Shown: in pieces, positions 9,247-18,019 of the stretch | Numbering within the stretch: position 1 is the stretch's first letter | Layout: every line of letters starts with the position of its first letter | From: Nostoc punctiforme PCC 73102 | Lineage (GTDB): Bacteria; Cyanobacteriota; Cyanobacteriia; Cyanobacteriales; Nostocaceae | Length of the DNA stretch: 32,000 nucleotides | Assembly: GCF_000020025.1 (NCBI RefSeq) | Contig: NC_010628.1 | Span: forward strand, 3,000,001 to 3,032,000 | Reading direction: 5' to 3' | Translations under genes and position numbers: made by a program | The notes under the pieces: generated by a model | What the model saw: only the letters and a program-made list of their open reading frames with translations | The model's database searches: none | Told to the model about the DNA's origin: nothing

Positions 9247-9289
9247 TGTAAACAAGAAATTAGCGATCGCAAATTCATATCTTGTTACA
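9247..9289. promoter_or_regulatory. Imperfect inverted repeat TGTAAACAAGA / TCTTGTTACA enclosing a HIP1 site, in the 165-nt amidohydrolase-nupC spacer
   Basis: Seen directly: 10 of 11 bp with a one-base bulge. It could be an intra-operon attenuator or processing hairpin, or just a HIP1-centred palindrome. Confidence 0.3.
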
Positions 9290-9309
9290 AAACCGTGTTT
9301 ATTTGTGTT

Positions 9310-10710
9310 TCACAATCCCATAACTGTGCGATAATGTGCTTCAATTTGCGCGACGGTTTCAGACTTGCGCTTTGTCTCCCATTGACTGCGATTAAATAAT
9401 TCTTGCCGCAATTCATCAACGTTAATTGTGGTAACTTTACCATCAGCAACAATTTGCTTGCCATTCACCCAAACACTATCAACAACATTATTAGGACGAC
9501 CTAAAACTAATAAACCAATAGGATCTGTACGCGGAAGCAATGATAAATTAGTGAGGTCATAAAGTACTAAATCTGCTTGTTTGCCCACACTGAGAGAACC
9601 GAGATTATCTGCAAGATTCAATCCTTTTGCACCTCCTAAAGATGCCATCTCTACTGCTTGCCGGGGTGTAATCCAGTGTTGATAATCTGAGTCTGTAATA
9701 TTATGTAAAATAGAACCCATTTTAATGGCTTCTAGCAAATCTTGAGAGTCATTACTTGAAGCACCATCGCAACCGAAAGTTACATTTACTCCAGCTTGGC
9801 GATATTTTAAAATGGGGGCGATGCCACTACCTAAACGTAGATTGCTTAAGGGATTATGAACAACTGTAGATTGAGTTTCGGCGAGGATGGCGATATCCGC
9901 ATCATTTAACCAAACGCAATGAGCTAGAGTTGTGCGATCGCTCAAAAACCCGATTCTTTTCAAATGTTCCACGGCAGTACAACCGTACTTTTCTTGAGCG
10001 AGTTTTTCCTGTGCCCTAGTTTCGAGTAAATGGGAGTGACGACAAAGATTATAGCGATCGCTTAACTCGATGCATCCCGCAAATAAAGCATTACTACACA
10101 ATTGTATCCCCGTTGGTGCTACCAAAATATTTACACCTTCATCTGGACGATGAAACTGCCTCACCGCCTCTTCGATAATTTCCAATGTTGCCGCAGTTGA
10201 ACGATGATAAGGTTCATGAGTTCTTGCTGATTCCCCAGATGGAATACCTGCGCTGAGGGATTCATCTTGAATTAAGGGGGCGATAAAGGCGCGAATCCCA
10301 ACTTCTCTGTAAGCGCGGGTTGCAGTGGCGATCGTTTCTAACTCAAGTCCGGGAATTAACACCAGGTGATCTACTACACTCGTACCGCCAGAAAGCAAGG
10401 TTTCTACCGCAGTACCCAAGGCGCTGAGATAAACCTGTTCAGTGTCGAGGGGGGCAAAATCATACAGTTCCGCCAACCATAATTCTAAAGGCAAAACTGA
10501 CATGATTCCCCGTTGCCACATCTCTGATGAGTGGGTGTGAGCGTTGAAAAAGCCAGGTAGCAGCAGTTTGTTTTTGCCATCTATGACAGTGCCGATTACT
10601 GGTAGATTGGGGGCAATAGCTGCAATTGCCCCATCTACAATCTGTACATCTACCGTCGCATAATCATCGCTGGCGGCAATTAAAACATTCTGAATAGTGA
10701 AACTTACCAT
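9310..10710 (-). CDS. Amidohydrolase-superfamily deaminase (COG0402: cytosine/guanine/MTA-deaminase, TRZ/ATZ-like)
   Basis: 466 aa. Metal-ligand pattern: FFNAHTHS (HxH), HSHLLET, AHCVWL, GCDGASSND (Asp). The typical N-terminal beta-sandwich lead-in is present (VDGAIAAI...GKNKLLLPGFFNAH). Confidence 0.8.
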   Translation of the reverse strand: MVSFTIQNVLIAASDDYATVDVQIVDGAIAAIAPNLPVIGTVIDGKNKLLLPGFFNAHTHSSEMWQRGIMSVLPLELWLAELYDFAPLDTEQVYLSALGTAVETLLSGGTSVVDHLVLIPGLELETIATATRAYREVGIRAFIAPLIQDESLSAGIPSGESARTHEPYHRSTAATLEIIEEAVRQFHRPDEGVNILVAPTGIQLCSNALFAGCIELSDRYNLCRHSHLLETRAQEKLAQEKYGCTAVEHLKRIGFLSDRTTLAHCVWLNDADIAILAETQSTVVHNPLSNLRLGSGIAPILKYRQAGVNVTFGCDGASSNDSQDLLEAIKMGSILHNITDSDYQHWITPRQAVEMASLGGAKGLNLADNLGSLSVGKQADLVLYDLTNLSLLPRTDPIGLLVLGRPNNVVDSVWVNGKQIVADGKVTTINVDELRQELFNRSQWETKRKSETVAQIEAHYRTVMGL

Positions 10711-10791
10711 ATTTAACCTTGATTAAGTAATTGTATTTTCAACTGAATTTCAAGTTACAAGATAGAAAATGGTGTAGGGTATTACAATTTT

Positions 10792-11571
10792 ATGAATTTG
10801 CCTTTTCGGACATTGGGAGTCTCACCAAATGCGTGGACAGTGAATGATGCGATCGCAGATATCACCCGTCCTCAAAAACCCCCACAACCCGTTATTTTAT
10901 CAACAGAAACTAAAACCCTGCGTTTAGACTTGGCAAAAGCCGCTATCCTCGTCATTGATATGCAAAACGACTTCTGTCACCCTGATGGCTGGTTAGCGCA
11001 TATTGGCGTGGATGTAACTCCAGCACGTCAGCCTATTAAACCTTTGAATAACTTACTTCCAGAACTTCGTGACGCGGGTGTTCCAGTCATTTGGATAAAT
11101 TGGGGGAATCGCCCTGACTTACTCAATATTAGTGCTGGTTCGCGTCATGTCTATAACCCCACAGGGGCAGGCGTGGGATTAGGCGATCCCCTACCAAGTA
11201 ATGGTGCAAGAGTCCTAATGGCGGGTAGTTGGGCTGCGGCAGTAGTAGATGAACTAGAACAGGTTCCTGAAGATATTCGTGTGGACAAATATCGCATGAG
11301 TGGGTTTTGGGATACCCCATTAGATAGTATCTTGCGGAATCTGGGAAGCACAACATTATTTTTTGCTGGTGTTAATGCCGATCAGTGCGTGCTAGCTACC
11401 TTATGTGATGCTAATTTCTTAGGATATGACTGCGTGTTAGTTAAAGATTGTAGCGCTACGACTTCGCCTGAATATTGTTGGCTAGCAACGTTGTACAATG
11501 TTAAACAATGCTTTGGTTTTGTCACTGACTCCCAAGAGATTTTAACAGCGCTGCAAAAGAGTGAGGAGTGA
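10792..11571 (+). CDS. Isochorismatase-family cysteine hydrolase, RutB-like (ureidoacrylate-amidohydrolase type)
   Basis: 259 aa. It aligns block by block with E. coli RutB as I remember it: [24 protein letters not shown] vs [33 protein letters not shown]...[18 protein letters not shown] vs GSWDYQLVDEL...[18 protein letters not shown]; catalytic Cys in GVNADQCV. Confidence 0.75.
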   Translation: [259 protein letters not shown]

Positions 11572-11742
11572 TTAGATTTTAGATTTTTCCTTCAATCCAA
11601 AATTCAAAATTGGTTGAATGAGGAGTATTTAGTGTTTAGTAATTAATGATTTTGTCATTTATACAACTTAAAACTTACGTATAACCCACGCGGTAGGGGC
11701 AATTAATTCATGGATTTTCCCTACCTGAAAATCTTTCTTGGT

Positions 11743-11755
11743 GGCTATTGTTTGC
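11743..11755. repeat. Partial dispersed-repeat copy D: GGCTATTGTTTGC, preceded by TGAAAATC (11726-11733) and the hairpin GGTAGGG...CCCTACC (11693-11726)
   Basis: Seen directly. It has the same hairpin / TGAAAATC / 8-9 nt / GGCTATTGTTTGC order as at 27641-27713. Confidence 0.65.
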
Positions 11756-11844
11756 ATCATTTCTGACAACTCATAACTGACATATTCAAGACTAAGATTT
11801 TAGGAATTTTCATACCCATCGATAACTTTAGAGGGGATAAATAA

Positions 11845-12300
11845 ATGTACGCTACTCGTTGTGTAATTCCGGTTATCAAATCTCCTAAAGATTACCAAGT
11901 ATATCGCATTAGTCCCAATGACTCTAATCGATTAGCAATTATTTTCGATTCGACAAATGCTAATACTTCCTTAACTTGCTGTATAGAAATTTTTGATGTC
12001 GGTGGACAAACACCACCAAATCGCCATCAGTGGGCGGTGGAAATGTTTTTTGTCCTCAAAGGGGAAGCGATCGCTATGTGTGACGGCAAGAGTGCCACTA
12101 TCAAAGCTGGAGATAGTTTATTAGTGCCTCCAACTGGGACTCATTTGATTAAAAATACTGGTTCTACTCGCTTGTATACGTTGACTGTCATGGTTCCCAA
12201 CGAAGACTTTTCCGAATTGATTCGCAGTGGCATTCCATCGGAGTTAGATGCAGAAGATATGGCTGTACTAGGGAGATTGAATACTTTGATGCCCTGTTAA
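11845..12300 (+). CDS. Cupin-domain protein
   Basis: 151 aa. Cupin motifs GGQTPPNRHQWAVEMFFVLKGEA and GDSLLVPPTGTHLIKNTG. Confidence 0.7.
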   Translation: MYATRCVIPVIKSPKDYQVYRISPNDSNRLAIIFDSTNANTSLTCCIEIFDVGGQTPPNRHQWAVEMFFVLKGEAIAMCDGKSATIKAGDSLLVPPTGTHLIKNTGSTRLYTLTVMVPNEDFSELIRSGIPSELDAEDMAVLGRLNTLMPC

Positions 12301-12341
12301 ATTAATTCATAATTGACTGAGATAGAAAGTGGAAAGTTATC

Positions 12342-12368
12342 TTATTCCCAGTCATAGACTGGGAATAA
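12342..12368. terminator. Perfect 12-bp stem / 3-nt loop hairpin between the convergent cupin and radical-SAM genes (candidate bidirectional terminator)
   Basis: TTATTCCCAGTC-ata-GACTGGGAATAA read directly. A T-run (ttttcttttttt) follows about 12 nt downstream on the plus strand. Confidence 0.6.
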
Positions 12369-12395
12369 CTAATGTGAGTTTTCTTTTTTTGAGAT

Positions 12396-14063
12396 TTAGC
12401 TACGAACTTTTGTGAGGATTTTTTGCGAATAAAACGAAGCCGATTCTTCGTTTTTGGAGCAATCTTGTGCGAACTTAATCAAATGATGCCCCACAAGTCC
12501 GACGTGAATCAAGTTTTCAATATCACCTGCTTTCAGCGCTGGCTTGGCCATTTTCCAGAAAGTCTGACGATAGTTACTAAATAAGCCTATCCGCAGCAAA
12601 ATGTTAGTTAAATAAGTTAAACCTTTGCGAATATTAGCCCCAGAAGTGCGAGCAGGACTGTTAGGTACTTCAATGCGATTTGGATATGTGTGTTCCATAT
12701 TGTAAGCAAACCGCTCATATAAAAATTCCGGCTCATAAGCAGTTGTGATGCAGCGCCGCCACATCTCGACAACTTGCTCGTAGGGCATCAAAAACTCAAC
12801 ATTTGATTCCCGGCTTTCATCAAATACGAGTCGTCCTTCTGCTTCTAACCTCCGCCATAACGGAGTTCTAGGCAAAGCATGAAGTAGATTAATTGTCAAC
12901 ATGGGAATTTGAGATGCCCGAATAAATTCGATAATTCGGTCTGCTGTTTCTGGTGTATCTGTATCTAACCCGATAATGATTCCTGATACTACTTCCATGC
13001 CATAGCTATTTAAAACCTGAATTGCTTTTAAAATTGGCATACTCAGATTTTGATCTTTGGAAATGGCATGGAGAGCATCTGGTTCAGGTGTTTCGATACC
13101 GCAAAAGATCGTGCAGAAATAGGCTTCGCGCATCATCTCCAGCAGTTTTGGGCTTTGAGCTAGGTTGAGGGTTGCTTCACAAGCAAACTGGATGGGGTAG
13201 CCATTGCGTTTTTGCCAGTCAATCAGGTGAGGAAGTAACTTCATGGCAGCGCGGCGATCGCCAACAAAGTTATCATCGACAAAATACACTGCCCCCATAT
13301 TGCCAGATTGTCGCATTGCATCTAGCTCGGCAACCACTTGCTCTGGTGTTTTCATCCGGGGACTGTTGCCATAGAGTTCTGGAATATCACAAAACTCGCA
13401 GCGATAAGGACAACCGCTAGAAAACTGCACATTTGCTAAGAAATAATCATCGATATCCAGCAAATGATAAGCTGGAGTTGGAAACTCTGTTAAAGGTAAA
13501 CGTTCCTTCGTTTCAAAGCGGATTTGCCTTTGAGGACGTTCTAAGTTTTGGTCTAGATACTCGATCATGCGATCGCTAGCATCTCCCAACTCACCCAAAT
13601 GTAAAATGTCAAATTCAGGATAATATTCTGGACACCCAGATACCGAAGGGCCACCCACCACTGTGATTTTCCCGGCTCGATGGGCAAGCTCATTAATTTG
13701 ATTAATCTGTGGTTTTTGGATATGCATTCCACTCACAATTACCGCATCAGCCCATTGGTAATCAGCCCTGGTTGCTGATTTGACATTCTCATCAATAAAC
13801 CGCACTTCCCATTTTTGAGGTAAATAGGCAGCCACAATTAAAATACCTTGGGGTGGCATAAAAGCCCGGACATTACCCATCAGTGGGTAGGCATGATGAA
13901 AAGTACCAAAGGAGCGGCTGTATTTAGGAAAGATGCAAAGAATGCGTCGATGGTTCGAGGGAACGTAGCTGGTTCTCTTAGTGTTAGAAGCGGTTTTGGA
14001 ATCGGCCGCTATATAAGTTGGATTCTCTAAAGACTTAAGATTTACGGTCATCGCAAATTTCAC
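12396..14063 (-). CDS. B12-binding-domain radical SAM enzyme (class B, DUF4070-type C-terminus)
   Basis: 555 aa. It has an N-terminal cobalamin-binding-like Rossmann region (ILCIFPKY...VIVSGMH...VVGGPS), the radical-SAM cluster motif SSGCPYRCEFCDIP (CxxxCxxC), and a long C-terminal extension. The substrate cannot be inferred. Confidence 0.8.
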   Translation of the reverse strand: MKFAMTVNLKSLENPTYIAADSKTASNTKRTSYVPSNHRRILCIFPKYSRSFGTFHHAYPLMGNVRAFMPPQGILIVAAYLPQKWEVRFIDENVKSATRADYQWADAVIVSGMHIQKPQINQINELAHRAGKITVVGGPSVSGCPEYYPEFDILHLGELGDASDRMIEYLDQNLERPQRQIRFETKERLPLTEFPTPAYHLLDIDDYFLANVQFSSGCPYRCEFCDIPELYGNSPRMKTPEQVVAELDAMRQSGNMGAVYFVDDNFVGDRRAAMKLLPHLIDWQKRNGYPIQFACEATLNLAQSPKLLEMMREAYFCTIFCGIETPEPDALHAISKDQNLSMPILKAIQVLNSYGMEVVSGIIIGLDTDTPETADRIIEFIRASQIPMLTINLLHALPRTPLWRRLEAEGRLVFDESRESNVEFLMPYEQVVEMWRRCITTAYEPEFLYERFAYNMEHTYPNRIEVPNSPARTSGANIRKGLTYLTNILLRIGLFSNYRQTFWKMAKPALKAGDIENLIHVGLVGHHLIKFAQDCSKNEESASFYSQKILTKVRS

Positions 14064-14297
14064 CCCAGAAGACTGAGCAGTTAATTTGACAATTTATTGA
14101 CACAATTCAGTGATAATTCCAACTAGCTTACCGCGATCCTTCAGAAGTTTTTAACTGTAAAATATAAAATTCCTCCTAGAGGGGTATGATTCACCCTTTC
14201 TCAGAATGCAGTTTTGCAATTACCGATGCGTTTGAGTCGCCAGATTCTGGCTTATGAGTTAATTCATCTAGAATGCTTAGGAAAAAAGTAGTTACCG

Positions 14298-14330
14298 ATA
14301 TAGTTGGTTATATGTTGGTATATTTGGTAC
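14298..14330. promoter_or_regulatory. Three tandem ~11-bp units (ATATAGTTGGT / TATATGTTGGT / ATATTTGGTAC) containing ATATA-N6-TATAT, 52-84 nt upstream of modA
   Basis: Seen directly. The helical-turn spacing and the TATAT half-sites recall ModE-type operators (TATAT-N7-TAYAT class), but the flanks do not match the proteobacterial consensus. Confidence 0.35.
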
Positions 14331-14381
14331 TATTTTACCTAGCATCAATTTTATGGAAGAAATTTCTCAAACGCCTTTTCT

Positions 14382-15176
14382 ATGAAAAGAAGACAAATTT
14401 TTGGCTTATTGGGTATAGCAGTTGCTGGTTTGCTCCTGGCAATTGGTTTACCGTTAGTTAATCCTTCTGCTGTAATAGCACAGTCAAACAGTACTATCCT
14501 CGTCTCCGCAGCCGCCAGCTTAAAAGAGGCACTAGAGGAAATTAAGCCTTTGTACCAACAAAGTAAATCAGATGTCAACATTACTTATAATTTTGGGGCT
14601 TCTGGTGCCTTGCAGCAACAGATCGAGCAAGGTGCCCCGGCAGATATCTTTATCTCTGCTGGCAAAAAGCAAGTGGATGCCCTAGAACAAAAAGGACTTT
14701 TGGTAACAGGTAGCCGTGCTAACTTGGCAAATAACCGTCTAGTCTTGATTGTGGCTCAGGATGTTGTTGGCATCACTAGTTTCTACAATTTAACAGATAG
14801 TAAGATTAAAAAAATTGCGATCGGTGAACCTAGAAGTGTACCCGCCGGTCAATATGGGGAGCAAGTCTTAAAGAAATTGAAACTTTATAATCAGGTAAAG
14901 CCCAAATTAGTCTTTGCTAACAATGTGCGTCAAGTTTTGGCAGCAGTAGAAAGTGGTAACGCTGAAGCGGGTTTAGTTTATGCTACTGATGCCAAAATTT
15001 CCAACAAGGTAAAAGTCGTAGTTGCTGCTGACGATAAGTTTCACTCACCGATTGTCTATCCAATGGCAGTAATTAAAAGCAGTAAAAATATTCCAGCAGC
15101 CAAAGAGTTTATCCAGTTTTTATCTGGCAGTGAAGCCAAGACTGTACTCAAAAAATATGGGTTTCTTGTAAGTTAG
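14382..15176 (+). CDS. modA: Molybdate ABC transporter periplasmic substrate-binding protein
   Basis: 264 aa with a signal peptide (MKRRQIFGLLGIAVAGLLLA). ModA blocks are ILVSAAASLKEALEEI, NFGASGALQQQIEQGAPADIFISA and PAGQYG. There is no modB or modC in the window. Confidence 0.85.
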   Translation: MKRRQIFGLLGIAVAGLLLAIGLPLVNPSAVIAQSNSTILVSAAASLKEALEEIKPLYQQSKSDVNITYNFGASGALQQQIEQGAPADIFISAGKKQVDALEQKGLLVTGSRANLANNRLVLIVAQDVVGITSFYNLTDSKIKKIAIGEPRSVPAGQYGEQVLKKLKLYNQVKPKLVFANNVRQVLAAVESGNAEAGLVYATDAKISNKVKVVVAADDKFHSPIVYPMAVIKSSKNIPAAKEFIQFLSGSEAKTVLKKYGFLVS

Positions 15177-15262
15177 AAAGAGGCTTAAGAGGTTATTTGA
15201 ATAAGTGTTTCGCTGTGACTTGAGGCACTATTAGATCCCCCTAAACCCTTTAAAAAGGGTTG

Positions 15263-15286
15263 GAGAATCTTTTGTACGTAAGTCCT
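15263..15286. repeat. Short variant of the dispersed repeat (GAGAATC-TTTTGTACGTAAGTCCT), preceded by the small hairpin AACCCT-ttaaaa-AGGGTT (15244-15261)
   Basis: Seen directly. It shares the GAAAATC and TTTGCGTAAGTCCT modules with the copies at 27684-27723 and 17997-18019. Confidence 0.6.
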
Positions 15287-15315
15287 AAAGGAAAATAACC
15301 AATGCCCCATACCCT

Positions 15316-16263
15316 TTAATACAAAGACTTAATCCACCGCCATTCCTGTGTCAAGCCATCTCTCAGGGAGACTTGTGGCTGATATCCCAGAATTTTCTGC
15401 GCTTTAGATACATCAGCAGCAGTGTGGCGTGCATCTCCCATCGCTTTTTCTATGTGGTTTCTTTTGATTGGTTTGCCAACGATTTCTTCAATCGTATCTA
15501 AGACTTCTGCTAAAACCACCCTGCTACCACCACCGATATTAAAAATTTCTCCCACTGCTTGGGGTGTGGAAGCAGCGGCTAAATTGGCCGCGACTATATC
15601 ACCAACAAATGTAAACTCCCGCGTTTGCTGGCCATCGCCGTAAATAGGAATCGCCTCATCCTGCAAAATGGATTTAAAGAACTTATGAAATGCCATATCT
15701 GGGCGTTGTTTAGGGCCATAGACTGTGAAATAGCGCAATGATACATATGGCACACCAAAGTTTTTGTGATATAGTCTGCACAGAGTTTCAGCCGCTAGCT
15801 TAGTAATGCCGTAAGGAGAAACAGGTTCAGGGCAAATTCCTTCGTGAGTGGGTAAAGTTTCTGCATCACCATATACACTTGACGAAGAAGCAAACACTAA
15901 TCTTTTCAAGTGTTTTGCATCTTTAGCCGCTTCTAGCAAAACTTGCGTAGCATTAATATTCCGTTCCGTGTAACCTCGAAAAGCCTTACCCCAACTTGCC
16001 CTGACACCTGCTTGTGCTGCTTGATGGTAAACGACATCAACATCTTTTAAGAGTTCCTGCCAATCTAAAAACTGAATATCTGCTTCGATTAATGTAAAGC
16101 CAGGTGAGCTATGTAAGTGTGCAACATTCTTGCGCTTCAACATGGGATCGCAATAATCATTGAATTCATCAATCCCAATTACTTCTTCCCCTTGTTGTAG
16201 CAAGATGTATACAAGGTGAGAACCAATAAAGCCCGCTGCTCCAGTAACGATAATTTTAGCCAT
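15316..16263 (-). CDS. NAD-dependent nucleotide-sugar epimerase/dehydratase (extended SDR; UDP-glucuronate 4-epimerase-like)
   Basis: 315 aa. It has the motifs TGAAGFIGSH and catalytic YxxxK (SPYGITKLAAE), plus NDYCDPMLKRKN and YGPKQRPDMAFHKF, which resemble CapI/LpsL-type epimerases. Confidence 0.8.
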   Translation of the reverse strand: MAKIIVTGAAGFIGSHLVYILLQQGEEVIGIDEFNDYCDPMLKRKNVAHLHSSPGFTLIEADIQFLDWQELLKDVDVVYHQAAQAGVRASWGKAFRGYTERNINATQVLLEAAKDAKHLKRLVFASSSSVYGDAETLPTHEGICPEPVSPYGITKLAAETLCRLYHKNFGVPYVSLRYFTVYGPKQRPDMAFHKFFKSILQDEAIPIYGDGQQTREFTFVGDIVAANLAAASTPQAVGEIFNIGGGSRVVLAEVLDTIEEIVGKPIKRNHIEKAMGDARHTAADVSKAQKILGYQPQVSLRDGLTQEWRWIKSLY

Positions 16264-16415
16264 GTTACCTATTTTTTGCTATTTTCATAAATTTCTATAT
16301 TCACAGGTTAGTACTTGGTAATCAATAATCGTCATTATTTAAGTTTGATTTTTTAATCCATTGTTGTACTCTTTTAAACATAAGCATTACTTAAATAAAT
16401 ATATTTGCTATTTAA

Positions 16416-16441
16416 TTTATCCTAATATTTTATCCTAATAT
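16416..16441. repeat. Perfect tandem 13-mer x2 (TTTATCCTAATAT) in the AT-rich divergent epimerase/purD intergenic region
   Basis: Seen directly. Confidence 0.8.
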
Positions 16442-16690
16442 ATTTACTTAGTTATCGTTATTAACAACAGTAATAAATGTACTAATTGACAAAATTGAAT
16501 CTTAAGAATAATCACAGTTAAAATTCCAACAACAAAATGGGCTTAAAACCGATATAGATAATTCTTTTTCCCCTCCCCGTGCCTCTTCTGGTTATAAGTA
16601 GGCTTGCACAAGTGTGATAATTGGTGAAAAAATTGATCAACGAGAGCCGAATCAGGTATTCTCGTTTGCAAGGGACGCACGAGGAAATCA

Positions 16691-17974
16691 GTGAAAGTTT
16701 TAGTTGTAGGTAATGGAGGGCGCGAACACGCTCTGGCATGGAAACTGTTGCAATCTAAGCAAGTTGAGCAAGTTGTCTGTGTCCCAGGGAATGGAGGCAC
16801 AGCAAGTATGGAACGTTGCCTAAACTTGCCCGTAGCAGTAGATGATTTTGAAGGTATCAGCCGATATGCTCTAGAACATGGCATAACTTTAGTAGTAGTT
16901 GGGCCAGAAGTACCTCTGTCTAAGGGAATCACAGATTACCTCCAAGATAAAGGATTGATGGTATTTGGCCCAGTAAGGGCGGGAGCGCAAATTGAAGCGA
17001 GTAAAGCTTGGGCAAAAGCCCTGATGCAAGAAGCAGGAATTCCGACGGCGCGGGCTGCGGTATTTACGGAGGCAGGAGCAGCAAAATCTTATGTTAAGTC
17101 TCAGGGAGCGCCAATTGTCGTTAAAGCTGATGGCTTGGCAGCTGGTAAGGGTGTGATAGTAGCTGAAACAGTTGCACAGGCAGAAAGCGCCGTTGATGCC
17201 ATTTTTCAGGGACAATTTGGTAGTGTTGGTGAATTTGTTGTCATTGAAGAATGTTTAATTGGGCAAGAGGTATCAGTTTTAGCATTAACCGATGGGTTAA
17301 CGATTCGACCCTTGCTGCCAGCTCAAGACCATAAGCGGATTGGTGAGGGCGATACAGGCGAGAATACTGGTGGTATGGGAGCATATAGCCCAGCACCCAT
17401 TGCTACACCAGAGTTGATGGCACGAATTCAAACAGAAGTCTTAGAAAGAGCGATCGCAACCTTACGAGCTAAAGGCATTGATTACCGGGGTGTGCTGTAT
17501 GCTGGCTTAATGATTGCACCCGATGGCGATTTGAAGGTTTTGGAATTTAACTGTCGCTTCGGCGATCCTGAAACCCAGGTGATTTTGCCATTGTTAGAAA
17601 CACCTTTAGAAGAGTTACTTCTAGCCTGCGTACAACAGCGATTAAGTGAATTACCGCCCATTGCTTGGAAAAAAGGAGCATCTGCCACTGTCGTTGCCGC
17701 TTCAGGTGGTTATCCAGCAGAATATGAGAAAGGTAAGGTCATTACTGGCATTGGTGAAGCAGAGGTAACAGGAGCAACTGTATTTCATGCAGGTACAAAA
17801 TTGAACCAGCAACAAGAAGTCGTGACAGATGGGGGTCGAGTATTAAATGTGACTGGAATCGGAGAAAATTTTGAGCAAGCGATCGCCCAAGCCTACGCAG
17901 GGCTCAAATATATTCAGTTTGAGGCCATATATTACCGGAGAGATATCGGTCATAAAGTGGTGAGTGCGAAGTAG
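16691..17974 (+). CDS. purD: Phosphoribosylamine--glycine ligase
   Basis: 427 aa with a GTG start preceded by GAGGA. The N-terminus MKVLVVGNGGREHALAWKL and the ATP-grasp blocks (VVKADGLAAGKGV, EFNCRFGDPETQ) are canonical PurD. Confidence 0.95.
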   Translation: MKVLVVGNGGREHALAWKLLQSKQVEQVVCVPGNGGTASMERCLNLPVAVDDFEGISRYALEHGITLVVVGPEVPLSKGITDYLQDKGLMVFGPVRAGAQIEASKAWAKALMQEAGIPTARAAVFTEAGAAKSYVKSQGAPIVVKADGLAAGKGVIVAETVAQAESAVDAIFQGQFGSVGEFVVIEECLIGQEVSVLALTDGLTIRPLLPAQDHKRIGEGDTGENTGGMGAYSPAPIATPELMARIQTEVLERAIATLRAKGIDYRGVLYAGLMIAPDGDLKVLEFNCRFGDPETQVILPLLETPLEELLLACVQQRLSELPPIAWKKGASATVVAASGGYPAEYEKGKVITGIGEAEVTGATVFHAGTKLNQQQEVVTDGGRVLNVTGIGENFEQAIAQAYAGLKYIQFEAIYYRRDIGHKVVSAK

Positions 17975-17996
17975 GGGAAACGAATCCTATAAGCGA

Positions 17997-18019
17997 GGCT
18001 ATTATTTGCGTAAGTCCTG
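17997..18019. repeat. Dispersed repeat copy A: GGCTATTATTTGCGTAAGTCCTG
   Basis: 22 of 23 nt identical to 27701-27723, in the same orientation. It lies 23 nt after the purD stop and 142 nt from the 3' end of the giant gene. Confidence 0.85.

Noticed and set aside
14318-14330. NtcA-like site GTA-tatttgg-TAC upstream of modA
   Set aside because: The spacer is 7 nt, not the canonical 8. Other GTA...TAC-like strings I checked in the intergenic regions also fail on spacing or half-site.
14273-14581. ORFs 14273..14461(+) and 14351..14581(-) at the modA start
   Set aside because: They overlap the modA signal-peptide region in other frames, and modA explains the region.
16540-16690. A purine/ZTP-type riboswitch upstream of purD
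   Set aside because: I found no match to the guanine/adenine (UAUA...CUACC) or ZTP (GGGUCG...CCGCCUGGGC) cores, only short local stems.
16518-16932. Minus-strand ORFs 16518..16739 and 16543..16932, and 16889..17215 and 17482..17688
   Set aside because: They are antisense to or overlap the well-supported purD frame and contain no motifs.
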